In this document: piece by piece, positions 25,205 through 32,854 of the stretch
Layout: every line of letters starts with the position of its first letter
How positions within the stretch are numbered: position 1 is the first letter of the stretch
NCBI GenBank assembly: GCA_964539475.1
Contig: CAZIIR010000002.1
Coordinates: 7,474-56,307, forward strand
DNA: 48,834 nt
Reading direction: 5' to 3'
From: an uncultured Candidatus Saccharibacteria bacterium
GTDB taxonomy: Bacteria; Patescibacteriota; Minisyncoccia; Phycocordibacterales; XYD1-FULL-46-19
Translations under genes and position numbers: made by a program
Notes under the pieces: model-generated
What the model saw: only the letters and a program-made list of their open reading frames with translations
Database searches by the model: none
What the model was told of the DNA's origin: nothing

Positions 25205-26389
25205 ATGGAGATGAACGAGAAAGACTGCCGGAGAAACGTGGTCCTGTATTATGTATTTGCACTCTTCAACGAACCGTTGTTTTGGGGACCAATACTTATC
25301 ACCTCGCTTCAAAAGCTAGGCGGTATGTCATTGTCTGAGATCTATTACCTAGAGTCTATTGCTTTGTTCTTCTGTGCTGTCTTGGACATACCTTCGGGAG
25401 CCTTGGCTGACACAATTGGACGTAAAAAGACTATAGTTACAGGTCGCTTGTTTTTGTTTGGCAGTGTGTGTTTTTTTGCCACCATGACAAGTCCAGTGGG
25501 AGCCTGGATCGGAAATATGTTATGGGTGGTCGGATTTGTTTTACAGTCGGGTGCCGACAGCGCCCTACTCTATGACACCTTAGACCAAAACGGGCAACCG
25601 GATAGGTATAAGAAGATAGAGGGTCGTGCCATAGGTGGGCGCCTACTTCTGATTGCTTTGTGTTCATTGGCATCTGGATTTTTGGCGAACATCCATTTGC
25701 GCTTGCCACTTTTGTTGTGTTTGCCTTTTGTTGCCGTACCTTTGGTTGCTTCCCTCTTTTTTAAAGAGGCACCACGATCAAAGCACTATTCGGTCAAAGA
25801 GCAAATAATGACGGTTGGTCGTGGAATTTCTTTTGTCGCCAAGTCGGTTGAAATAAGGTGGATGGTTGGTTTTGCCGCTTTGGTACTTGCAGTATCAAAA
25901 GTTTGGTTTTTTACCTACAATCCATACTTTGAAACAGTCGGTCTGGATATCACCTATTACGGCGTTATATTTTTCTGTCTGAATATAGTAGCTTGGCTCT
26001 CTAGTCACTACTGTCAGGAAATAGAAAACCGTTTAGGTGAAAGAAACTGTGTAGCCCTAATGTTACTTTGTCTTGGTGTGCCCATCCTCCTGATGGGCCT
26101 CATGCCAATCTGGCCTTTTGCTTATTTGGTATTAGCCCAAAACATCGTCCGTGGCTTTATGAAGCCATTTGTGTGCACATATCTAAACCGTCACGCCAAC
26201 AGTGATATTAGAGCTACTGTCTTATCAACCCAGTCGACTGTTTCCTACATCGCGGGAATAGTTGGACTCGCCGTTTTTGGTTATCTTACCAGTACCGCTG
26301 GCTTGCTAACCTCGCTTGTTATTTTAGGACTGACAACTATTGTTCTGGGAACAATCAGCTATCTGTCCTACGTGAAAAAAATCAACTAA
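25205..26389 (+). CDS. MFS transporter
   Basis: 394 aa with about 12 TM helices. The loop motif GALADTIGRKKT lies between TM2 and TM3. Confidence 0.85.
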   Translation: MEMNEKDCRRNVVLYYVFALFNEPLFWGPILITSLQKLGGMSLSEIYYLESIALFFCAVLDIPSGALADTIGRKKTIVTGRLFLFGSVCFFATMTSPVGAWIGNMLWVVGFVLQSGADSALLYDTLDQNGQPDRYKKIEGRAIGGRLLLIALCSLASGFLANIHLRLPLLLCLPFVAVPLVASLFFKEAPRSKHYSVKEQIMTVGRGISFVAKSVEIRWMVGFAALVLAVSKVWFFTYNPYFETVGLDITYYGVIFFCLNIVAWLSSHYCQEIENRLGERNCVALMLLCLGVPILLMGLMPIWPFAYLVLAQNIVRGFMKPFVCTYLNRHANSDIRATVLSTQSTVSYIAGIVGLAVFGYLTSTAGLLTSLVILGLTTIVLGTISYLSYVKKIN

Positions 26390-26430
26390 ACCGGTCATTA
26401 AACATCAAAGGCGCCTGACCAGCGCTTTTT

Positions 26431-27042
26431 TTAATGAAATTTCTTCTCTTCCGCGAGCATGGCGACAATCTGGGCCAAACGTTTAGCCCTAGTCGCTGGG
26501 GTTTTAGCTGTCTGCAGGCGCCAAGTAATAGCATAGCGGTTGATCTTGTTTAATGTTTTAAAAAATTTGGCTGCTTTTTTATTTTTATCGATAGCAGATA
26601 AAAAGTCGGCCGGTAAAGTAGCCACACTTGGCGAGTCGTAAGCCGCTTCCCAACGACCGTCGGTTTTAGCGCGCTTGATTTCCGTAAGCCCCGCTGGTGT
26701 CATCTTTTTTTCTTTTATAAGTCGGACCACATGGTCGCGGTTACGTTTGGACCAGAGGCTTTTGCTTCGCCTCGGCGTAAACTTTTGTAGGTAGGCTTGG
26801 TCGTCAAACTTGGCCACCTGACTGTCTATCCAACCAAAACACAAGGCCTCATCTAGGGCCTCGGCATAGGTAATAGTTTTTACTCCTGAAGCCTTTTTGA
26901 AAAACTTGAGCCAAATACCGTCAGACTTGTGACTGTGCCGCAAAAGCCAAGCGCGCCATTTGGCCTGGGTAGCAAAAGGTAAAATTTCTTTATCAGCTAA
27001 ACTTTTGCCAACCACCTTAGCTTTATCTGGCTTCGCCCACAT
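26431..27042 (-). CDS. YdeI/OmpD-associated (OmdA) family protein
   Basis: Segments WRAWLLRHSHKSDGIWLKFFKK, YAEALDEALCFGWIDS and a C-terminal region ...RYAITWRLQTAKTPATRAKRL match the family pattern. Confidence 0.7.
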   Translation of the reverse strand: MWAKPDKAKVVGKSLADKEILPFATQAKWRAWLLRHSHKSDGIWLKFFKKASGVKTITYAEALDEALCFGWIDSQVAKFDDQAYLQKFTPRRSKSLWSKRNRDHVVRLIKEKKMTPAGLTEIKRAKTDGRWEAAYDSPSVATLPADFLSAIDKNKKAAKFFKTLNKINRYAITWRLQTAKTPATRAKRLAQIVAMLAEEKKFH

Positions 27043-27063
27043 AGCTTATACCTAAACTAATTA

Positions 27064-27543
27064 CTACTGATTCTTCTTAAAAAAGATGGTGCCCGAGTCG
27101 GCAGAAAGAAGTAGGGCCAAATTGCCCGCCTCGTCGATAATATAGTGACCAGTTTTTGCCACCGCCGTAGTAAACTCTTCCTCTTGGGACCCCTCGCAAA
27201 ACATTTTAGTTGAGACAAGTGAGCCGAGAGTTAAAATACCGTCGGAGCCCACTTGGTAGCTACCGCCAAATCTGTTGCAGTCGGTAGTACCACTCACTTT
27301 ATTGTCGGAAGCAAAAGTAATAGTAAAAGCCTCGGCTTTCTTTGGCAAAACTGTCGTACCGTCGCCCATCACTGTTTTTTCCCAAGTCCAAACCTGGTCC
27401 TTGGCTCGGTCAAAGTCCCCCGCCGGCACACTACCAGCTGGTAGCTTGCCGGCCGGTGCCTCGACTGATTGATTCTTAAAAAATACCAAACCCCCAACAA
27501 CCAACACAAGAACTATAATAACAATGGTTATATTTTTGTTCAT
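27064..27543 (-). CDS. META domain (HslJ-like) protein with N-terminal anchor
   Basis: It has a TM or signal segment. The META pattern is ITFASDNKVSGTTDCNRFGGSYQVGSDGILTLGSLVSTKMFC. Confidence 0.75.
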   Translation of the reverse strand: MNKNITIVIIVLVLVVGGLVFFKNQSVEAPAGKLPAGSVPAGDFDRAKDQVWTWEKTVMGDGTTVLPKKAEAFTITFASDNKVSGTTDCNRFGGSYQVGSDGILTLGSLVSTKMFCEGSQEEEFTTAVAKTGHYIIDEAGNLALLLSADSGTIFFKKNQ

Positions 27544-27586
27544 AAATTTAGTCTAGCAAATCCTGGTTAAAAAACTAATCCACCAG

Positions 27587-28036
27587 CTAGCCCCTTGGAA
27601 TATAAAACTTATTTTGCAGATAATTTTCAATTACTTCAAAACTTGGAAAATAGCGAGGCTCGGGTAAATTTTTCAAATCAAACCAATCCCATTTTATTAT
27701 TTCATCGGGCTCCATGACCGAAGCTTCCCCTTCCCACTCTGCGGCCACCAGACCAACTGTCATAAAATGCGCATACTGGTTTTTACAATTGTGAACCGAG
27801 ATTACTTTGGGGTTTTTAATTTTAATACCCGTTTCTTCGGCCACTTCTCGCATAGCCCCTGCTTCAAAACTTTCGCCCCACTCTAGCTTGCCACCAGGCA
27901 AAGACCACTCACCTGCACTACGAAAAGCCGAGTCGGCCTTGTCGGGGTCGGGGTGACGAAGACCTAAAAGTATTTTGCCATCTTTTTCTAAAATCACCCC
28001 AAACCCCGCTCCTACTCTCTTTTTGTCTTCGGACAT
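27587..28036 (-). CDS. NUDIX hydrolase
   Basis: The Nudix box is GGKLEWGESFEAGAMREVAEETGI. Confidence 0.9.
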   Translation of the reverse strand: MSEDKKRVGAGFGVILEKDGKILLGLRHPDPDKADSAFRSAGEWSLPGGKLEWGESFEAGAMREVAEETGIKIKNPKVISVHNCKNQYAHFMTVGLVAAEWEGEASVMEPDEIIKWDWFDLKNLPEPRYFPSFEVIENYLQNKFYIPRG

Positions 28037-28037
28037 A

Positions 28038-28640
28038 TTATTTAATTAGTTTTAAAAATTCTTCTTTGGTTTCTTCCGCTTTTTCATAATGCATTGGTAA
28101 GACTTGGCCAATCTTTTTAAACTTTTGACTAAATTCTATCGCCTCCACTGGACCAAAAGTGTAAAAACCACCAACAGGCAGAAGAACAATGTCCACTTCC
28201 AAATCAGCGACTTCTATGCCCGACGGATAAAACATATCACCAGCAAAATATATTTTTTGCCCATCAACCTCTAAGAGAAAACCAAAATTTTCTTTAGGTC
28301 GCACTTTGGTGTTTGGTCCATGGTCAACATTAAAAATCTGAACTTTAATATCACCTATATTTACTACCTCATCCGCCCTTATTTGAGCTATCTCTGAGCT
28401 TATTTTTTCCTCACCTAAAACTTCCATACATTCGGCACTCAAATAAAGTTTGTTAGGAGAAAGTTTTTTAATATTTTCGACCGATAAGTGGTCGCCGTGA
28501 AGATGCGAAACTAATACAGCATCCGCCAGAATCCCCTCCAGTTTTTGGGCGGCGGTATAACTACCAATATCAACCGCCAAGCAAAAGCCACCGTTGGTCT
28601 CTAAAATAAACCCCGATTGTTCAAATTGAGTTAGCTTTAT
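28038..28640 (-). CDS. MBL-fold metallo-hydrolase (start uncertain)
   Basis: The motif is VSHLHGDH (HxHxDH). The frame stays open upstream of TTG 28580 and encodes (I)KLTQFEQSGFILETNGGFCL, a typical MBL first strand, back to ATA 28638-28640, which is preceded by a stop. Confidence 0.75.
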   Translation of the reverse strand: MKLTQFEQSGFILETNGGFCLAVDIGSYTAAQKLEGILADAVLVSHLHGDHLSVENIKKLSPNKLYLSAECMEVLGEEKISSEIAQIRADEVVNIGDIKVQIFNVDHGPNTKVRPKENFGFLLEVDGQKIYFAGDMFYPSGIEVADLEVDIVLLPVGGFYTFGPVEAIEFSQKFKKIGQVLPMHYEKAEETKEEFLKLIK

Positions 28641-28821
28641 ATACCTATTTTAACATATTTTTTGACCCAAGGCAGGTTTTTATACTGCTCGTGAGTAAGG
28701 ATTAAATCTTTTATTTGGTCTATTTCTTTAAAATTCATTATTTTATTTGCCTTAGATTTAATAATTTTACTCTGGATATTTTACAAAAAATTAAATGGCC
28801 CAGCTTATTGTCAAACAGACC

Positions 28822-29991
28822 CTAGCTACTCAGTCGGTCTAACTTTTCTTTCCGACTATATTTACTAACCGACTCATAAAGATCCATCAGTTTTTTCGCA
28901 ATAAAAGAACTTGAAAATTGGAGGGAGGTTTTCTCCGCCATTAGGGAACACCTTTTGCGAAGCAAATCATCAGAAAGAAGTAATTTCACCTTATCTATCG
29001 CCTCTTTTTGAGAAGACACAATAAAACCATTTTCTCCGTTTCGAATAATTTCTGGAGCAACGCCAACTGGATACACCACAGGCACAAGCCCCTGTGACAT
29101 TCCCTCAATAAGACTCAGAGAAAAACCCTCGTATCGCGATGGGATAAATAAAACACTCCCCCGTAAACCTTTAACAATCTGGGGAATCTTATCTTTCTCC
29201 GTATTCACATATAATGAATGATTCGGTATGTTATTCAATAGCCAAGCCACGACCGTTTTGTTAGTCGTCATACATATCGTAGTCTTTTTAATATCACTAA
29301 AACGCCGATAAAGATGGATCAACCTATCGACCCCCTTGAGCTTCATATTAAACGCATCACCGCCCATCCTCCCCAAAAAAACAATATGTGGGTCATCGAT
29401 AGGTTTAGGACGATGATTATCAAACCAATAATCTTCAATTGCATTGTGGATGAGGTGAATTTTTTTCTCTTCAACCCCTATCTCGAGAAGTTCTTTTTTT
29501 ACATTTAAGGACGTGGCAATAACAGCCTCCGCTTTTGATGCGACATATTCTTCAACCTCCGCAATGTCTCTCAACGGTCGTCGTGTTTTTATATTAACTT
29601 CTTTAATCGCCCCCACTTTTTTAAGATCATACCAAATTTTTTTTAAATTAGTTTCCATCTGACTAGCCCGCGGTGTCGCTTTTAAAAAACCTCTGGTTGT
29701 TGATCCAAAATGGGTTATGACTGGAATAGGGTATGCTAAAAAAGGAATCGGGGTATAAGTGGTCCCCTGGATCAAGTCGTATTTTAATATTTCCTTTCGT
29801 TTTTCCAGAAGTGAATGAAAAAACAAAATGTTTTTTAGTCCTCCTAAATGAACTGGGGCATCTAAAGAGACCCGTGGGTAAAAATTTTTCATTTCTACTC
29901 CCGATTCCCTAAGTTTGAGAGACATAAGGTCATTTATATAGTGCGCCCCTGTTCCTAATTTCTTTTCATTATGTATGAAGGCAATTTTCAT
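28822..29991 (-). CDS. Glycosyltransferase, GT4 (GT-B fold) family
   Basis: The C-terminal motif is FIPSRYEGFSLSLIEGMSQGLVPVV....E...NGENGFIV (EX7E type). Confidence 0.85.
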   Translation of the reverse strand: MKIAFIHNEKKLGTGAHYINDLMSLKLRESGVEMKNFYPRVSLDAPVHLGGLKNILFFHSLLEKRKEILKYDLIQGTTYTPIPFLAYPIPVITHFGSTTRGFLKATPRASQMETNLKKIWYDLKKVGAIKEVNIKTRRPLRDIAEVEEYVASKAEAVIATSLNVKKELLEIGVEEKKIHLIHNAIEDYWFDNHRPKPIDDPHIVFLGRMGGDAFNMKLKGVDRLIHLYRRFSDIKKTTICMTTNKTVVAWLLNNIPNHSLYVNTEKDKIPQIVKGLRGSVLFIPSRYEGFSLSLIEGMSQGLVPVVYPVGVAPEIIRNGENGFIVSSQKEAIDKVKLLLSDDLLRKRCSLMAEKTSLQFSSSFIAKKLMDLYESVSKYSRKEKLDRLSS

Positions 29992-30139
29992 ATCTTATTA
30001 CTAGCACATCAGGCACATTTAGGACACCTGGTAATGATAATTTTTTATTCCCACTACCTATCCAGAGTAAAAATATCAAGAAAAACCTCCCTCTAATTTC
30101 CGCTATAAAAAATAAGTTTAGCGGGCACTTGATATATCC

Positions 30140-30703
30140 TTATAATACTTGCGCCAAAAATATAACTCCTAAAATACCAAGAGAGTTTAAGGCGAATGAT
30201 AAAACCAAAAATTGCCAGTTTTTTAGCTTGGAAATTCCTAAGAGAGTTATTCCTAGTTCATCCGGAAATGGCGAAGCCACAATAATGGCCCCCAATACTG
30301 GAGCAAACCAAGCAAAATATGGCGTGGCTAATAGATGAAACAAACGAAGTTTCCCCAACCTCTTAAGAATCGGGACTATTTCCTCAAAAACTCTATCTTT
30401 CATAAAGTGAAAAATAAAATAGTCACCAAGCACACCTCCTAAACCCGCAAACAAAGCAACTTCCAAAGGGGTTAGTTCTTTTGCCAAATAAAATAAAACC
30501 ACCGTCGCTGGGGCGACCGTAAAAGTAGAAACAAAAAATATGCCCACAAAAAAAGCCCCGAGATACCCAAGACTACCAATACGGGTAATCATATCTCTGA
30601 TTAGTGGAGTATCCGCAAGGTAAAAAAAGACTACCAAACTAACAATAAGTAGAAAAGTATTTTTGAACCGCCAATGTCTGTATTTTGATATTAACTCGTG
30701 CAT
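30140..30703 (-). CDS. Membrane protein, VTT/DedA-YqaA-like
   Basis: 187 aa with 5 TM helices. The segment LGYLGAFFVGIFFVSTFTVAPATVVLFYLA....LGGVLGDYFIF resembles YqaA/DedA-type proteins. Confidence 0.5.
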   Translation of the reverse strand: MHELISKYRHWRFKNTFLLIVSLVVFFYLADTPLIRDMITRIGSLGYLGAFFVGIFFVSTFTVAPATVVLFYLAKELTPLEVALFAGLGGVLGDYFIFHFMKDRVFEEIVPILKRLGKLRLFHLLATPYFAWFAPVLGAIIVASPFPDELGITLLGISKLKNWQFLVLSFALNSLGILGVIFLAQVL

Positions 30704-30713
30704 TAATTATTTT

Positions 30714-31190
30714 TTAACCCCGGCGGGCAGCGTCAATAACCGCCACATCAATTTTTTTCATTGTCATCATTGCCTCAAAAGCCCGTTTGGCTTCGTCACC
30801 ACCGGCCCCGAGTGCCTCGGTCAAAGTGCGAGGCGTAATCTGCCACGACAGTCCCCAGCGGTCTTTGCACCACCCACATTCACTTTCCTGTCCGCCATTA
30901 CCAACTATCGCGTTCCAATAGCGGTCCGTTTCTTCCTGACTATCGGTGGCAATCTGAAAAGAAAAAGCTTCGCTTTGTTTAAAAGTCGGCCCACCATTTA
31001 GACCAATGCAAGGAATACCACAAACAGTAAACTGGACTGTTAGCACATCCCCTGCCTTGCCACCCGGAAAATCGCTCGGGGCTTTAAAGACATTAATTAC
31101 TTTACTGTCGGGAAAAGTGGTGGCGTAAAAATCTGCCGCCTCTTCGGCCCCCTTATCAAACCAGAGACAAATAGTGTTTTTTGATGTCAT
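30714..31190 (-). CDS. VOC/glyoxalase-superfamily protein (PhnB / 3-demethylubiquinone-9 3-methyltransferase-domain type)
   Basis: The segment CLWFDKGAEEAADFYATTFPDS......GIPCIGLNGGP.F..SEAFSF......QEETDRYWNAI....ECGWCKDRWGLSWQI is the characteristic pattern. Confidence 0.8.
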   Translation of the reverse strand: MTSKNTICLWFDKGAEEAADFYATTFPDSKVINVFKAPSDFPGGKAGDVLTVQFTVCGIPCIGLNGGPTFKQSEAFSFQIATDSQEETDRYWNAIVGNGGQESECGWCKDRWGLSWQITPRTLTEALGAGGDEAKRAFEAMMTMKKIDVAVIDAARRG

Positions 31191-31362
31191 ATTTTTTAGT
31201 ATAACATAAGTATTTAATCACAAATTTTAAAACGCTTTAGCCCATCAGTTCTTACACTTGCAACAAATAAACTAGATATGGCTATGAGGTGCTATATTTA
31301 GTCAGTATAGTACCGAGTACAGTCTTAGTCAAAGTAAGTTATTCAATTTCAATATAAAAAAG

Positions 31363-31390
31363 CCGCCACAGGTTACGTAACCTGTGGCGG
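31363..31390 (-). terminator. Intrinsic terminator after rnc
   Basis: ccgccacaggttac / gtaacctgtggcgg perfect palindrome. On the minus strand it is followed by tttttt. Confidence 0.85.
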
Positions 31391-31406
31391 TGAATAGACT
31401 CCCCTT

Positions 31407-32132
31407 TTAAGACAGGGAAATCTTAAACTCAACTTTCAACGCATTCTTCGCGGCCTCTGACTTGGCCTCCTTTTTGTTAAAACCTTCTCCCCTTCCAACT
31501 AGCCTGTCGCCAATGTATACACCGAACACCTTGATGTCGTTCTGACCACCTTCTGGCTTTAGATCAACATAGGTCGTAGTGAGCTTAAACTCCTTTTGGC
31601 TCAACTGCTGGAGTAGCCCAATCTCCGAGATAAATTGACCCTGAATCATCAGATCCGGCAGTCTCGACAACAAAAACTCATCCAAGAAAATCTCGACCGT
31701 CCCCAGTCCTCTATCCAGATAGATTGCTCCGGCTAGAGACTCGAAGACACAGGCAAGCAGGTAGTCTTTCAACCGGCCTTTTTCTACGGTTTCCTTTCTG
31801 GCGCCGGTGCCAATGCGAATGAACTTGTCCAGACCAAGCTCGGTTGAAGCTAACCCCAGGGTCTTGTTACAGGTCAAAGTGCAAAACATCGCCGTCAGCT
31901 CTCCCTCTGCTTTGTCAGGAAAAGATCTGAAGAGATGACTCGCCACTACTAGACCTACAACTTTGTCCCCGAGAAACTCCAGCCGTTCATAATCTTCTGT
32001 GACAGCCACTCTGGCTTCTTGCCGAAAAGAAGCATGGGTAAATGCCTGCTCAAGAAGAGACTTGTTTCGAAATATAATTCCGATAGTCTCTTCGATTCGC
32101 TCCACCTCCTTCAGCGATAAAATCGGGATCAT
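31407..32132 (-). CDS. rnc: Ribonuclease III
   Basis: The signature is YERLEFLGDKVVGLVVA. The second catalytic block is FESLAGAIYLD. The C-terminal dsRBD is GEGFNKKEAKSEAAKNAL. GGAGG lies 9 nt before the ATG. Confidence 0.9.
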   Translation of the reverse strand: MIPILSLKEVERIEETIGIIFRNKSLLEQAFTHASFRQEARVAVTEDYERLEFLGDKVVGLVVASHLFRSFPDKAEGELTAMFCTLTCNKTLGLASTELGLDKFIRIGTGARKETVEKGRLKDYLLACVFESLAGAIYLDRGLGTVEIFLDEFLLSRLPDLMIQGQFISEIGLLQQLSQKEFKLTTTYVDLKPEGGQNDIKVFGVYIGDRLVGRGEGFNKKEAKSEAAKNALKVEFKISLS

Positions 32133-32227
32133 CGGTAAATGCCTCCAAGGTCAGCCGGGTGTCAAAGTGACTCGGGGTCACTTGTTACAGACATTCGGCA
32201 GTAATAGATGAAGTGGGTGTTGTTGAG

Positions 32228-32839
32228 TCACTGGGGCAACGATGCACCAGCACTCATCAACGCCAACTCGATCTTGGCGATGGCTTTTCTGTCCATCCCC
32301 TTGACCATCATAAGGCGACCACGACCACGAACAACAACATCACGAAGGGTGTTCACTTCTTTTCGTCGCAAGTTTTCCTCCACGGCTTTGTTGAGATCAC
32401 ACGAGGAAATATCTACGTCCAGTTTTTCGTCACCTCCTTCAGACACTCCTCCAACGAGTTCTTTCCCCTTCGGCAAATCGACCACCCCCATCGGCTCCCG
32501 AAACCTTTCCACCCGGTCAAACACCAAAGCCTTGTCTCGTAGCTGTTTAATGGCAACCGAAACAGCATCTTTGATATCAGGTGAAAAGCCATTCGATTTA
32601 ACCTGCCAGTGGTCATCCACCAACGAAGCCAAAGAAGAAAACCCTTTCGCTTGCAGGTATAAGACCACCTCCGAGGGTAACCCGAGAAAATCCACCATCA
32701 GACGTTCCTTGGGTATCACCAGGCAGTTGGGATGGACATTCGTCACGTAGATATCCGACTCGCCGTCATGCGTTTCGATATCGACATGCAGATTGATCCC
32801 CCCGACCTCCAAAACACCCTGGATCTTTACTTGGGGCAT
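32228..32839 (-). CDS. Hypothetical protein with RpoA alpha-CTD-like helix-hairpin-helix segment(s)
   Basis: Residues 143-200 read DISSCDLNKAVEENLRRKEVNTLRDVVVRGRGRLMMVKGMDRKAIAKIELALMSAG. They follow the alphaCTD pattern L.L..R..N.L....I.T..DL......L....G.G.K....I...L...G. A weaker copy lies at residues 48-102. AAAGGAGG lies upstream of the ATG. Confidence 0.7.
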   Translation of the reverse strand: MPQVKIQGVLEVGGINLHVDIETHDGESDIYVTNVHPNCLVIPKERLMVDFLGLPSEVVLYLQAKGFSSLASLVDDHWQVKSNGFSPDIKDAVSVAIKQLRDKALVFDRVERFREPMGVVDLPKGKELVGGVSEGGDEKLDVDISSCDLNKAVEENLRRKEVNTLRDVVVRGRGRLMMVKGMDRKAIAKIELALMSAGASLPQ

Positions 32840-32854
32840 TATCGTGCCTCCTTT

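Noticed and set aside
28660-28760. 33-codon minus-strand ORF (MNFKEIDQIKDLILTHEQYKNLPWVKKYVKIGI) upstream of the MBL gene.
   Set aside because: No RBS or promoter geometry supports it. The interval is AT-rich spacer, where short ORFs arise by chance.
29992-30139. GAGGGAGG followed by a TTG-initiated ORF of about 37 codons that overlaps the glycosyltransferase start.
   Set aside because: No supporting conservation can be judged from the window. The product is unremarkable, and the SD-like string may be fortuitous in a terminator-proximal region.
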